The notes: a model not told the origin generated them from the sequence alone. 64,000 nt of DNA from Thermoplasmata archaeon (GCA_028864975.1 JAGWLG010000004.1:32001-96000), one strand, 5' to 3'. Shown: positions 37,981-48,733, counted from the stretch's first letter. Translations and numbers: made by a program.

Positions 37981-38301
37981 TCAGCGGGAGGCCCGCTCTA
38001 AGACCGGGGCGCGAGGGGGAGGGGCCGCGGCGGGGGCCGTGGGCGCTGGCGAGGCCTTCTTTGCCGAAACGCGCTTCGGGAAGTACTTCAGGAGGATCAC
38101 GTCGTTCACCGCCGCCACCCAGCGGAACGGGACGTTCACGCCTCGCGAGCCTTCGACCAGGTACTCGCTAGGTTCCGCGACGAAGAGCCCATCCGCCCGG
38201 CCACCCTCGACGTCCAGGACGATGTTCGTGACCTTGCCGAGGTGGCGTCCGTCAGGGGTGTAGACGTCCCGGTCGACCAGTTGGGTGATCTCTACGAGCA
38301 T
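37981..38301 (-). CDS. PRC-barrel domain protein
   Basis: LVDRDVYTPDGRHLGKVTNIVLD and VPFRWVAAVNDVILL. Confidence 0.9.
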   Translation of the reverse strand: MLVEITQLVDRDVYTPDGRHLGKVTNIVLDVEGGRADGLFVAEPSEYLVEGSRGVNVPFRWVAAVNDVILLKYFPKRVSAKKASPAPTAPAAAPPPRAPVLERASR

Positions 38302-38339
38302 GGTGGGGGCTCCTCGAACGTCAAGCACGCGTGACCCGC

Positions 38340-38353
38340 CTTAAGACCTTTCC
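38340..38353 (-). promoter_or_regulatory. BRE-TATA candidate for the PRC-tRNA-METTL5-csl4 transcript
   Basis: GGAAAGGTCTTAAG on the minus strand about 40 nt before the PRC ATG. Confidence 0.45.
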
Positions 38354-38387
38354 CCTCGAGACGCACCCAGGGTCGCCCCTACGGGGC

Positions 38388-40235
38388 CTACGATGTGTCG
38401 TGGGGGTTCTTCGCGCCGGAAGCCGCTTTCTCGATCTCGGACCCTTCCGAAGAGCTCTCTGACTCGGCGCGACGGACCTGCGTCTCGTAGAGGTGCACCA
38501 CCTCATCGGTGGTCGTCGCCTGCTCCGGGGACTTGTCGTCGCGGACCCGACCCGTGAAACGGGGGAACCTCAGGGCGAGCCCGTACCCCTCGCGGACCCG
38601 GCCCAACGCAGCACGGTGGATGGGGGAGAGGGTCAGCTCAGCGCCCCGAAGCTCCAGCACGGTGGAGGGGTCGATCCAAACGTCCGGGGTGAGGGTGGAG
38701 ACGACCTCTTCGGGACGGTCCTTGACCTGCTTGGAGCGCAGCTCGTTCGTGAACCGCTCGAGCGAGGAGTCGTCGAACCCGGTGCCGACCTTGCACAGGG
38801 TGGGGAACGTTTCCTCCTTGGGGTCGAAGACGCTGACGAGAAGGGCGCCATAGCGGCCCGCGCGCTTCCCGCGTCCCCAGAACGCTCCGACTACGACCGT
38901 GTCGATGGTGTCCGCGAGCTCGTGCGTGTACTCCCGCTTGTACTTGATCCACCAGAATCCCCGTGCGCCTGCCCGGTAGGTCGAACCGGGCGCCAGGGAC
39001 TTCGCCATCACGCCCTCGCACCCATCTGCCAGGGCTTGGTCGAAGAATCGTTGCGCGGCGGGGACGTCCTCCACCATGGCGCGCGTAGCGAGGCCCACGC
39101 GGTCTCCGGCCTTGACGTCGCGCTCCAGGCGCGCTCTGCGCTCGGGGTACGGCAACATGAGCGCTTGTTCCTCTCCCTCAAGAAGCAGGTCGAAGAGGAG
39201 GAAGCGGACGGGAACCTCCTCCTCGAACCGTTCCAGATCGTACTTGCGTCCGCGTCGTCGGGAGATCTCCTGGAAGGGGCGTAGCTCGCCGGTCGTCGGG
39301 TCGACCGGCACACATTCGCCTTCGACGATCGCCGGCCGGACCTTGAGCGCCTTCGGGAGGTCCCGGACGATCTCCGGGAACTGGCTGCTCACGTTCTCAA
39401 GCCGTCGGGAGAACAGAAGGACAGGTTCGGTCTCGTCGCGAGGTACGTGGGCCTGAAGGCGCAGACCGTCGTACTTGTATTCCAGGGCCGCCTGCCCCTC
39501 CATCCGCTCGAGGACATCCTTGAGCGTCGCCTCGCGTTCTCCGAGCATCGGGCGGATCGGCTTACCTACCTGGGCTCGGAGCGAGCGCAAGGCCTCCAGT
39601 GTCCCCTGGCGGGCCAGGGTCGAGGCGACCTCCCCGAGGTCCGAGGTCACGTTGAAGGCGTTCTCGATGGTCGGACGGGCTTGCTTGGGCTCGCCCCCCC
39701 CATAGACTTCCGCGAGGGCGTCCAGGAGGGTCATGTCCTTGACCCCGAGCCGGAGCTTGCCCAAAGTGAACCTCGTGAGGTACTTCGCCTCCACCGCTGT
39801 GGCCCGTCCGAGGAGCTTCGAGAGCCTCTCGACCTTCGCTTCCTGGGAGCCTTCCCCGGAGGAGCGGGCGATCGAGGTCAATTCCTGGTAGACATCGGAA
39901 AGGGTCAATCCCCGGTCCGCAGGCGGGGGGGTCCGATCACGAAGGAGCTCCTCCGCCGTGGTCCCGAGGTCGCCCGAGCGCGATGCTCGAGCACGGACCG
40001 TCTCCTCGGGGGTACCCGTGGCCTGAGCGATCGCTCGACGCGCCAACGAGTCCGCAAGTCCGAGCTCGACCCCCTCGTACTCCGGTCGGAGCTGGCCCTG
40101 GAGAAGATAGACCATGGGGGCGATGTCCGACTCGGAGACCCCTCGAAGATGTTCGGCGAGGAGCGCGCGGATCTCGAGCCGTTTCGTCGTCGCCGAGATC
40201 CTCTCGAAGAGGTCGACGAGGTCAGCGAACCTCAC
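38388..40235 (-). CDS. lig: ATP-dependent DNA ligase
   Basis: Motif I EYKYDG, IVEGE, CEGVMAK, WIKYK, LALRFPRF. Confidence 0.97.
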   Translation of the reverse strand: MRFADLVDLFERISATTKRLEIRALLAEHLRGVSESDIAPMVYLLQGQLRPEYEGVELGLADSLARRAIAQATGTPEETVRARASRSGDLGTTAEELLRDRTPPPADRGLTLSDVYQELTSIARSSGEGSQEAKVERLSKLLGRATAVEAKYLTRFTLGKLRLGVKDMTLLDALAEVYGGGEPKQARPTIENAFNVTSDLGEVASTLARQGTLEALRSLRAQVGKPIRPMLGEREATLKDVLERMEGQAALEYKYDGLRLQAHVPRDETEPVLLFSRRLENVSSQFPEIVRDLPKALKVRPAIVEGECVPVDPTTGELRPFQEISRRRGRKYDLERFEEEVPVRFLLFDLLLEGEEQALMLPYPERRARLERDVKAGDRVGLATRAMVEDVPAAQRFFDQALADGCEGVMAKSLAPGSTYRAGARGFWWIKYKREYTHELADTIDTVVVGAFWGRGKRAGRYGALLVSVFDPKEETFPTLCKVGTGFDDSSLERFTNELRSKQVKDRPEEVVSTLTPDVWIDPSTVLELRGAELTLSPIHRAALGRVREGYGLALRFPRFTGRVRDDKSPEQATTTDEVVHLYETQVRRAESESSSEGSEIEKAASGAKNPHDTS

Positions 40236-40929
40236 GCGGCGCCTCCCCCGGGAGCAGGGCCCGCAACGCCCTCAGGTTCTCTTGAGGGGAAGGTCCGTCC
40301 GCGTACACGGAATTGCCGCAAACGAAGAGGTTCGCCCCCGAGCCCACCGCATCCCCGATCGTCTCCCGCGTGATCCCCCCGTCCACGGACAGGTCGATGG
40401 CCCGGCCCGAGATGTCGATCGCGTGGCGCACCTGCCGCATCTTCGGCAGGACGTCGTGCATGAACTTCTGACCCGAGAATCCCGGCATCACGGTCATCAC
40501 GATGACCTCGTCGAACTCCGGAAGAAGGGCCTCCACTTCCGCGAACTTCGTATCGGGCCGGACGGCGAGGCTAGGGTGGCGCCCGAGGGCGCGCACCTCC
40601 CGCGCGAGAGCGGAGATGTTCCCGCCGGCCTCGATGTGGAAAGCCAGGGTGTCGCCACCCGCCTGTGCGAAGGCTTTCAGATACTTCCCGGGCTCCGAGA
40701 TCATCAGGTGGATGTCGAGGGGGAGGCGCGTGCGAGCACGTACGGCTCTGACGAGCGCCGGCCCGAAGGTGATGTTCGGCACGAAGTGCCCGTCCATCAC
40801 ATCGATGTGGAACGCGTCGGCCCCTCCCTCCTCGGCGGCCCGCAGCGCGGAGGCGAGGTCGGTCGGGTCCGCGCTCAGGATCGAGGGGAGCAACCAGAAC
40901 GGGCGATGCTTCGCGGACCCCCTCGCCAC
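40222..40929 (-). CDS. rpe: Ribulose-phosphate 3-epimerase
   Basis: PSILSAD, HIDVMDGHFVPNITFG, DIHLMI, MTVMPGFSGQ, VDGGI. Confidence 0.96.
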   Translation of the reverse strand: MARGSAKHRPFWLLPSILSADPTDLASALRAAEEGGADAFHIDVMDGHFVPNITFGPALVRAVRARTRLPLDIHLMISEPGKYLKAFAQAGGDTLAFHIEAGGNISALAREVRALGRHPSLAVRPDTKFAEVEALLPEFDEVIVMTVMPGFSGQKFMHDVLPKMRQVRHAIDISGRAIDLSVDGGITRETIGDAVGSGANLFVCGNSVYADGPSPQENLRALRALLPGEAPREVR

Positions 40930-41000
40930 GGTCGCGCGAGCGAGCCTTCGTACATAATCCGCACCCTGCGAAGATCCGAGAGTCTCCGTCCCCGCGCCAG

Positions 41001-41012
41001 GGTATATATACC
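41001..41012 (+). promoter_or_regulatory. Strong TATA box (palindromic GGTATATATACC) for the SBP gene
   Basis: TATATATA about 50 nt upstream of ATG 41062. Confidence 0.6.
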
Positions 41013-41061
41013 AGCACCCGGGTTAGCCGCCCAGCCGGGTCCCCCCGGCAATCGAAGGAAC

Positions 41062-44000
41062 ATGTCGAACACGTCTCCGTCCGCTGGCGCAACCCCTGCG
41101 AAGTCGAGCTCTGGAGGATTGGGTCCCATGCTGGGGATCATCATCCTTGTCGTGGTCCTGGTCGTCGGCGGGATCGGTGCCTACGTGGCGCTCCCGAAGA
41201 CGTCCGGGGGCGCAGGGACCTCACCGAGCGGGACGACTCACAATACTCCTCCGCCTGCATGCACAGGGAACGGTTGTGCTCCGCCTCTCGCTCAGCCGAT
41301 CAGGCACGACGTGACCGTTACCTCGACCTTCGCCACCGCCCAGGCTGGAACACCTGTGACCTTCGGTGCGCTGCTCACCAGTGCCGCAGCCTCGACCTAC
41401 ACCTTCCACTTCGGGGATGGGAACTCCATCACCACCCACAGTTCCTCCGTCTCGTACACCTACGCCTCGCCAGGCTCGAACCTGGTCTACGTGCTCGTGA
41501 AGGACACCAGCGGTAACCTCCACGACAACGCGAACACCGGAGCCGGGGCGAACCTTCTGCCCTTCAACGTCTCCTTCTCGTACAATTCCTACAACGGCGA
41601 CCCTGTGGGCGACCACGTTCAGACCGCGGGGACCGTCGTCAGCTCCTCGTCCAACAACTCGGTGGCCCTCTCCGCCTACATCGCGGGCCCTCCGACCAAC
41701 ACCCTCACGGTCATCGGGTGGACCGCCTACAACGTCAGCGGCCCCTCCGCGAACGCCCTCTCTCTTGGCACCACCGGTGGCGATGGCATGTCCGCCCAGA
41801 CCCCGCTCACGGTGACAGCGACCGCGAAGGCCGGCGCGACCCCTGGGCTCTACAACGTGAATTTCAGCGCCGGGACTTATGTGCCGGGGACCTCGAACAC
41901 GGGGATCAGCGTCTTTTCGTTCGGCGTGTTTGTGAATGCCGCGGGTGCGACCTCCACCATCGGTGTCGGCTCGGGATGCACCAGCAACTGCGCGCCGATC
42001 CACCAGACCCCCCACCCAGCCTCTCCCCACCCCCGCTCCCTCGTGGTCTACGAGGAGACGGCGTCCGGGGCCTCGACGCTCGACCCCTCGGTCGACTACG
42101 AGTCGGTGGGAGCTGAGGTCATCGCCAACGTCTACGAGACCCTGATCGAGTACAACGGCTCGCACGCGACGCCCGACCCCTCGAGCTTCGTGCCCGAAGC
42201 CGCCACCTGCGTCCCGGGCAGCACGACCGGACCCTACAGCTGCATGACGATGTACGGCAGCAGCCTTATCGGTCCGACCGCGGGAGACTACACCTTCGTC
42301 ATCAACCCGAACGCAAAGTTCTACAACCCCTACACCGCGTCCTCGTATGCCGTCAGCCCGAGCGACGTCGTCTGGAGTGTAGCCCGCACGTGCCTGTTCG
42401 CTGACTACCCGTCGGCGTACGTCAACAATGGCTGGGTGCTCTGTCAGTCACTCCTCCCCTACGGGAGCTCGAAGTTCGACGCCGGGATGCACGCCCCCTG
42501 GGCCAGCACGCCGGCCAACATCCTGAGCTCGATGACGGTGAACGGCCCCGAGTGTCCGTTGGTCGGAGGGAGCCCCGCTGGCGCAGGCTGTGTGACGTTC
42601 CACACCGCCCTTGGCGGAGTTCCAGGCGTGTCCGCGTTCCCGTTCTTCCTGGAGCTGGTCGAGGACCCCCTCGGCGCGGCCATCCAGAGCTGCAGCTGGG
42701 AGCAGAGCCAGGGCTTCACCCTACCCGGGTGGACCTCCTGTTCCACGATCCCATCGGCGAGCAGCTACCCGCTCGGGACGGAGTGGGACGCCGCGGAGAT
42801 GCAGGGTGCCCAGAACAACTGGAACCAGAACATCGCGACCCAAATGGTCGGCAGCGGCCCGTACTACCTCCAGGCCTACTCTCCCGGCGGCGACTACGCC
42901 GTCAAGCTGAGCCCGGCCTGGACCGGGACCACCTGCCTGGGGGGCCACGCGAACGGCTGCGTCCCCAACGCCAACCAGATCGAGGCCACGCAAGCGAGCA
43001 TCACCTGGGAGAAGACCGCCACGCCGGGCGAGTCCGCCTATTCCCAGGGGACCGCGGACTTCGCGACCATCCCCAACACGGACACCTCGACGATGCTGAA
43101 CCTCATCGCGCAGGGGAAGATCGGGGCCTTCACGTCGCCCACGATGATCATCTTCTTCTCGTGGTTCAACTTCGCGACGGACGAGACGGCGGCGCAGTCG
43201 CTCACCACGACCACGCTCACGGCCCCATCGTACATGATGCAGGACCTGAACATGCGTCAGTTCCTGGTCCACGCGTTCCCCTACCAGACCCAGCAGTCGA
43301 CGCAGTGCGTCGTCCAGGGTGTCCCCTACTGTGAACTCTACGGCGGGGCGATTCCTAGGGGCGAGGGAAGCTTCTACCCCGGCAACATCAGCTGGCCCTC
43401 CGGTAACCCGTCGACCTCGACGGGGTCGCCGAACGACGCGGGCTACTGGTGGAGCGCGGTCCAGGCGGACAACTTGGACGGCCCCAAGTGTACGACCGCG
43501 AAGCCCTGTGTCTACGCCCAGATCCTGCCGCAGGGCGACCCGGGCGACCTGGCGATGTACAACGCCTGGGCGGGCTGGATCAACACGATCTCCAGCGGAG
43601 CGGTCAATATGGTGGTCATCCCGGTCACCTTCAGCAACGAGATCACCTTCCTCGGGCAGGCCCCGGGTACCGCGCCGTACCAGGGGGCGTTCCTGGGCTG
43701 GATCCCTGACTACCCCGACCCCTCGGACAACACAGCGCCGATGCTCTACCCCGATGCGAGCTACACGTATTCGAGCGGGTTCTGCGAAGGTATGACGGAC
43801 GGCACCAACTGTGCGCTCCCGTCGGTCGCTCAGCAGAACTACATGGGGGCGTGCACGGGTGGAACGCTCTCGTCGCCGACGCAGGTCTCGACCGCATGCC
43901 AGGGGACGGAGTACAACGAGATGGTCGCGCTCGCCCAGGCTGGCGACGCGTGCATCGCGCCCTGCCCGGTCTCCCAGCGCATCCTGGACTACAGCATGGC

Positions 44001-44160
44001 GGAGAACATCCAGAACCAGCTAGGTTTGTACGTCTACGACTTCCAGCAGGTCGGGACCAGCACCTACGCGCCCTGGATCAACCCGGCGGCGTTCACCCCG
44101 AACCCCGTCGAGCTGAGCCTCTGGTTCGGCACTGCCTACTACAACCAGCCGCTGCCGTAG
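41062..44160 (+). CDS. ABC transporter substrate-binding protein, family 5 (OppA/DppA-like), N-terminal TM plus PKD domain
   Basis: TLDPSVDYE...IANVYETLIEY, VGSGPYYL, GWIPDYPDPSD; PKD YTFHFGDG; start reset to ATG 41062. Confidence 0.88.
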   Translation: MSNTSPSAGATPAKSSSGGLGPMLGIIILVVVLVVGGIGAYVALPKTSGGAGTSPSGTTHNTPPPACTGNGCAPPLAQPIRHDVTVTSTFATAQAGTPVTFGALLTSAAASTYTFHFGDGNSITTHSSSVSYTYASPGSNLVYVLVKDTSGNLHDNANTGAGANLLPFNVSFSYNSYNGDPVGDHVQTAGTVVSSSSNNSVALSAYIAGPPTNTLTVIGWTAYNVSGPSANALSLGTTGGDGMSAQTPLTVTATAKAGATPGLYNVNFSAGTYVPGTSNTGISVFSFGVFVNAAGATSTIGVGSGCTSNCAPIHQTPHPASPHPRSLVVYEETASGASTLDPSVDYESVGAEVIANVYETLIEYNGSHATPDPSSFVPEAATCVPGSTTGPYSCMTMYGSSLIGPTAGDYTFVINPNAKFYNPYTASSYAVSPSDVVWSVARTCLFADYPSAYVNNGWVLCQSLLPYGSSKFDAGMHAPWASTPANILSSMTVNGPECPLVGGSPAGAGCVTFHTALGGVPGVSAFPFFLELVEDPLGAAIQSCSWEQSQGFTLPGWTSCSTIPSASSYPLGTEWDAAEMQGAQNNWNQNIATQMVGSGPYYLQAYSPGGDYAVKLSPAWTGTTCLGGHANGCVPNANQIEATQASITWEKTATPGESAYSQGTADFATIPNTDTSTMLNLIAQGKIGAFTSPTMIIFFSWFNFATDETAAQSLTTTTLTAPSYMMQDLNMRQFLVHAFPYQTQQSTQCVVQGVPYCELYGGAIPRGEGSFYPGNISWPSGNPSTSTGSPNDAGYWWSAVQADNLDGPKCTTAKPCVYAQILPQGDPGDLAMYNAWAGWINTISSGAVNMVVIPVTFSNEITFLGQAPGTAPYQGAFLGWIPDYPDPSDNTAPMLYPDASYTYSSGFCEGMTDGTNCALPSVAQQNYMGACTGGTLSSPTQVSTACQGTEYNEMVALAQAGDACIAPCPVSQRILDYSMAENIQNQLGLYVYDFQQVGTSTYAPWINPAAFTPNPVELSLWFGTAYYNQPLP

Positions 44161-44179
44161 GCCGAGAGCGACACCCACG

Positions 44180-44207
44180 GGAGGGGGGCACTTCGGTGCC
44201 CCCCTCC
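44180..44207 (+). terminator. 3' hairpin/terminator candidate with C(UUCG)G loop
   Basis: GGAGGGGGGCAC-TTCG-GTGCCCCCCTCC (12 bp) followed by a pyrimidine-rich tract. Confidence 0.65.
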
Positions 44208-44346
44208 TGAACCTCTTCCTGCCTTCTCTTATCGCTTCATCGTTCAGGAATCTTGAAGGGCTCCCGGAGCACGGCAAGGCTTGGGCGATCGACATCTCCC
44301 CGAACGGGACGGGGGGAAGTTCCCCCCTCTCTCCGGGGGGAGGAGG

Positions 44347-44703
44347 TCACAGGAACTCTTCCGCGGGTACGCTCGCCTCTCCCGTCGCGGGGACCCGCTC
44401 CAGCCACTCGTCCCGATCCGGTTGCAGCCGTCCTATCAGGAACGGACGCTTCCAGGAAGGGTGGAAGGGCCGACCCGCGCGTTGGGAGGGCGACGGCCGC
44501 GCCCAAAGGTAGGCGTAGGCCAGGAGGTTGCTGTAGACGATGGGAACGATGGCCGCGAGGGAGAGCCATCGGACCAGCGGGTCGGACGATTCGTCCAGGG
44601 CCACCAGTACGAAACCGTCCAGGACCAGAAGTCCTAGGACGACGTAGGGCTTGAGACCCGTGGTGAGGGCCCACACTTTCCAAGAGGAGCCCTCCTCCGC
44701 CAC
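44347..44703 (-). CDS. Small hypothetical membrane protein
   Basis: Two hydrophobic segments; fills the gap between convergent genes; start uncertain (GTG 44703 or track 44784). Confidence 0.55.
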   Translation of the reverse strand: MAEEGSSWKVWALTTGLKPYVVLGLLVLDGFVLVALDESSDPLVRWLSLAAIVPIVYSNLLAYAYLWARPSPSQRAGRPFHPSWKRPFLIGRLQPDRDEWLERVPATGEASVPAEEFL

Positions 44704-44817
44704 CGCGTGGGCCCGCTCCTCACCTTTGAGGTGGCGTGGGAGGACCCCGACAGGCCGATGCGACGAGCGACGGGAGGACGGCATCCTAGATGGTCGGTCT
44801 CCCGGACCGCTCCCCCA

Positions 44818-47067
44818 CTAGGGCGAACCGCTTCCGCCGGTGCTCTCCCGACGGAGCCGGGGCCGCGTCGATGAGGCCGGCGGTTCTTCCGGCGAGAGCG
44901 CGCTCTCGGAGAGCTTGCCCACCCTCCATGGCGGCGCAGGTTCCGGGGGTGGAGGGGGGGAGGCTCCCCGCAAGGGGAGAGATGGCGTGGCCTCCCTCGC
45001 TTCCTGACTCGGCAAGGGGGGCTCTGAGGGAAATCCCAGGTCGGCCGCAGGTGGAGGTGGGGGCGGAACTGACGGGGGAGGTGGCGGCTGAGAGCTTTGC
45101 AAGGCGTACGGGGACGCCTCAGGGGCTGGAACTCGGGGCGCAGGGTGCGTGTACGAGGCGAACGTGAACGGGCGGCGTGCTCCTGAGAGGGGAGGGGGTG
45201 GGGGTGGAGGTGACGCGGTCGCGGGTGGCGAGTTCGGAAGAACGGGGGCCCCCTGATCGGCGCCTTCCGTTCGCGAAGGAGGGGGGGCGGGAGGCGGAGT
45301 TCCTCCCAGTTCGCTCGAGATTGGCGAGGGGGTTGGTGGGGGGGAAGGGGAAGAGGACGAGTGCAGGGCGAACCTGCCCCGGGAGATGAGGGGACGTGAG
45401 GCCGGGGGCGGTGGGGATGGATCCGAGGCCGTCGGAGCGGAAGGAGGGGCAAGGGAGGAGGTCCCGGAGGGAAGGGGGGGAGACGGCGGTGCAGGCGGTG
45501 GGAGCGAGAAGGGGGCCGGAACTGGAGAGGATGGCGGGTCCTGGACTCGCGGGCCCGGTGGAGGAGGCGGTTCGGGTCCTTGGAGGCTGAACCCCTCTGG
45601 GGCCGCAACGAAGGGCACGGTCGGCGGGGAAGTCGGATCGGATGACGGTCCCGGTGGGCCATCGCGGTCCGTTCCGCCCCCCCCGGGGACGGAGGGGAGG
45701 TTCGGGGTCCCTCCTAACGACCCACCGGACGAAGAGGGCTCTTCAACGGCCGGACCCCCCGCCGGGATGCCGATGACCGCCGGAGATCTCGATCCCAGGA
45801 GCCCTAGCTCAGGGAATCCCTGCTCGGAGTAGAGATGGCAAGCGACCACATGGTCCGCCCTCCCGCCGACGGTCATGAGGGGAGGTTCGACCTTGGAGCA
45901 GACCTGCATCACCTTCGGACACCGGGTGTGGAACCGGCAGCCCGACGGGGGGGCCGCGGGGGAAGGAACGTCTCCCGAGAGGATGATCCGCTCGCGCTTG
46001 AGCGTGGGGTCCGGTATCGGGATCGCGGAGAGCAGCGCCTGGGTGTAGGGGTGGAGCGGGTGCTCGAAGAGCTCCTCGGTGGGGGCCCTTTCTACGACCT
46101 TCCCGAGATACATCACGACGACCCGGTGCGAGATCGCCCGGACGACGCTCAGGTGGTGAGAGATGAACAAGTAGGAGAGCCGCTGTTCCCGCTGCAACCG
46201 CAGGAGGATGTTCAGGATCTGGGCCTGGACGCTCACGTCGAGCGCGCTCGTGGGTTCGTCGAGCACGATGAAGTCGGGACGTAGTGCCAGCGCTCGGGCG
46301 ATACCGATCCTCTGGCGCTGCCCACCGGAGAACTCGTGCGGGAACCTCCAGACGTGCTCGGGGTTGAGCCCGACGGAGGCGAGGAGCTCCCCCACGCGCT
46401 GGTAGCGTTGCTTGCGGCTTCCCACGTGGTGGACCGCGAGGGGCTCCGAGACGATGTCCCGCACGAGCATCCGCGGGGACAGGGACGAGAAGGGGTCCTG
46501 GAAGACGATCTGCATCTTCCCGCGCATGCGTCGCATCTCGTGGCCGCCCTTCCGGTAGAGCGAGTACTGAGCCGCGAGCGCGTCGAGCTGCTTCAGGATC
46601 GGCTGGGCGGCAGGGATCGAGCGGAGCGCGGCTCCGCGGTCGACCACGCCGGGGGGGATGAGCTTCTCAAGACCGTCGTAGAGGGATTGGAGCCGTTGCT
46701 CGATGTCGGCGGGGAACGGTTTCTCCGGGTCGAAGTAGAAGGTGTGTCCCCGCGTGGGTTCGATCAGCCGCAGGAGCAAGCGACCCGCCGTGGTCTTGCC
46801 ACAGCCGCTCTCTCCGACGAGACCCACGGTCTCTCCTCGACGGATATCGAAGGTGATCCCGTCGACGGCCCGCACCTCGCCGACCCGCGTCGATAGGACC
46901 CCCCCGCGCAGCGGGAAGTGCTTCTGGATGTTCCAGGCGGAGAGCAGCAGCTCCTTGCCGGGCTCGGCCTTGCTCTGGACCGCCTCCAGGCCTTCCTCGG
47001 AACGGACCGAAGTCCGGGTCGTGTCACCAGGTGGGGGGGGCGGCGGAAGGACCATGGGCTCGCTCAT
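44818..47067 (-). CDS. oppF: Oligopeptide ABC ATP-binding protein (OppF/DppF-like) with long Pro-rich tail
   Basis: [29 protein letters not shown], oligo_HPY motif [15 protein letters not shown]. Confidence 0.93.
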   Translation of the reverse strand: MSEPMVLPPPPPPGDTTRTSVRSEEGLEAVQSKAEPGKELLLSAWNIQKHFPLRGGVLSTRVGEVRAVDGITFDIRRGETVGLVGESGCGKTTAGRLLLRLIEPTRGHTFYFDPEKPFPADIEQRLQSLYDGLEKLIPPGVVDRGAALRSIPAAQPILKQLDALAAQYSLYRKGGHEMRRMRGKMQIVFQDPFSSLSPRMLVRDIVSEPLAVHHVGSRKQRYQRVGELLASVGLNPEHVWRFPHEFSGGQRQRIGIARALALRPDFIVLDEPTSALDVSVQAQILNILLRLQREQRLSYLFISHHLSVVRAISHRVVVMYLGKVVERAPTEELFEHPLHPYTQALLSAIPIPDPTLKRERIILSGDVPSPAAPPSGCRFHTRCPKVMQVCSKVEPPLMTVGGRADHVVACHLYSEQGFPELGLLGSRSPAVIGIPAGGPAVEEPSSSGGSLGGTPNLPSVPGGGGTDRDGPPGPSSDPTSPPTVPFVAAPEGFSLQGPEPPPPPGPRVQDPPSSPVPAPFSLPPPAPPSPPLPSGTSSLAPPSAPTASDPSPPPPASRPLISRGRFALHSSSSPSPPPTPSPISSELGGTPPPAPPPSRTEGADQGAPVLPNSPPATASPPPPPPPLSGARRPFTFASYTHPAPRVPAPEASPYALQSSQPPPPPSVPPPPPPAADLGFPSEPPLPSQEAREATPSLPLRGASPPPPPEPAPPWRVGKLSESALSPEEPPASSTRPRLRRESTGGSGSP

Positions 47068-47074
47068 GGCCTCG

Positions 47075-48664
47075 CTAATATTCCTTCACCTCAGGTCCGT
47101 GGTAGAGCCAGCAGGCCACGACGTGGTCCGGCCCCTCGCCGGTCGTCGGAGGTCGGTCGGTCTTGCAGCGTTCCATCGCGTAGGCACATCTCGGATGGAA
47201 CCGACAACCACCGGGAGGGCGGATCAGGTTCGGTACGGACCCCGGGATGGATTCCAGTTTCTTCGTCGGGTCGTCCATACGGGGGATCGAGGCGAGCAGG
47301 CCCTGGGTGTACGGGTGCAGAGGTCGTGCGAAGAGGTCCTTCACCGGGCCTACCTCGACGATGTGCCCCGCGTACATGACGCAGACGCGGTCGCACACCT
47401 CGGCGACGACCCCGAGGTCGTGGGTGATGAGCAGGATCGAGGTCCCGATACGGCTCTTCAAGGAGTGCATCAGTTCCAGGATCTGTGCCTGGATGGTCAC
47501 GTCGAGCGCGGTCGTCGGCTCGTCGGCGATGAGCAGCTTCGGCTCCGGGGCGAGGGCCATCGCGATCATCACCCGTTGGATCATGCCCCCGGAGAGCTCG
47601 TGGGGATACCCCCGGGCCACCTGGACGCAGTTCGCGATACCGACGTCCTCCAGCATCCGCACGGTCTGCCAGAAGACCTCCTGGTCGAGCGGAGAACGGG
47701 CGATCCTCCGAAGGACCGGAAGGGAGAGCCAAGAGCCCTTCAACCGTTCGAGGAGCATCTGCACCCGGAGCACACGACGGAGGGGCGCCGTGCTCTCGCC
47801 CATCCTCATCTCGCGGTAGTAGAGATCCCTCTCGGCGGCGCGGAGCTCGGAGAGCTTCCTCTCCCGAAGGAGGTAGGCCCGCTGGAGCCCGGGGATCCTC
47901 AGACGGGAGAAGGCCTTCACGATCCCGCGCACACGGGCTTCGGGATTGCCCGTCTGCCCGCGGAAGAGGTAGAACAGCTCGAGGGCGATCGAGGGAACCC
48001 CGACCGCCTGGGCGATGTTCCTCGAGACCTCGCGGAGTCGGGGCTGTCCGGGCTCTCTGGCAGCGGCCAGGAGGTCTCGGGTCGCCTGCGTGACGTTCAC
48101 CCCTGCGGGGTTCGCGCCGAGAAGCAGGTCGATGGTCGGCGTTGCGCGATGGAGCAGAAGCGCCTCGGCCAACTGCTTCGTGATCGAGAAGACCGGGTTG
48201 AGGGCGGCCATCGGCTCCTGGAAGATCATCGTGATCTGGGAGCCCCGGATCGCCGACAGGCGCTGCTGTGACTCCTTGATCCGGGAGAACCGGCGACGGA
48301 CCCGGGCCCGGACGGTCCCTTTGATAGGACGGACCGACGCCTCTCGGTCGATCTTCCAGAGAAGGTTCGCTCCGGAGAAGAACACGTGCCCCGACTGCAC
48401 CCTTCCCGGAGGCTCCGCAATCAGCCGGGTGATGGAGAACGCCGTGACGGACTTCCCGCAACCCGTCTCCCCCACGAGCCCCACGGTCTCCCTCCGGCGT
48501 ACCGAGAAGGTGACCCCGTCCAGGGCGCGGACCACCCCGTCATAGGTGTAGAAGTACGTCTTGAGGTCCCGGACCACCAACAACGGAGGTTCCGAGGAGG
48601 GGGACGCAGGTACCCACGCGCTCCCGGAGGTCGAAGCGCCGGGGGCCTCCCCCGGGAGGAGCAC
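47075..48664 (-). CDS. oppD: Oligopeptide ABC ATP-binding protein (OppD/DppD-like) with large insertion
   Basis: [41 protein letters not shown]. Confidence 0.93.
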   Translation of the reverse strand: MLLPGEAPGASTSGSAWVPASPSSEPPLLVVRDLKTYFYTYDGVVRALDGVTFSVRRRETVGLVGETGCGKSVTAFSITRLIAEPPGRVQSGHVFFSGANLLWKIDREASVRPIKGTVRARVRRRFSRIKESQQRLSAIRGSQITMIFQEPMAALNPVFSITKQLAEALLLHRATPTIDLLLGANPAGVNVTQATRDLLAAAREPGQPRLREVSRNIAQAVGVPSIALELFYLFRGQTGNPEARVRGIVKAFSRLRIPGLQRAYLLRERKLSELRAAERDLYYREMRMGESTAPLRRVLRVQMLLERLKGSWLSLPVLRRIARSPLDQEVFWQTVRMLEDVGIANCVQVARGYPHELSGGMIQRVMIAMALAPEPKLLIADEPTTALDVTIQAQILELMHSLKSRIGTSILLITHDLGVVAEVCDRVCVMYAGHIVEVGPVKDLFARPLHPYTQGLLASIPRMDDPTKKLESIPGSVPNLIRPPGGCRFHPRCAYAMERCKTDRPPTTGEGPDHVVACWLYHGPEVKEY

Positions 48665-48733
48665 AGGGGTCGTGCTGGGGCCATACTCCAGACCTGGGAG
48701 GAGGGGTCGTAGCTCGGATGCGCTCAGGTGGTC

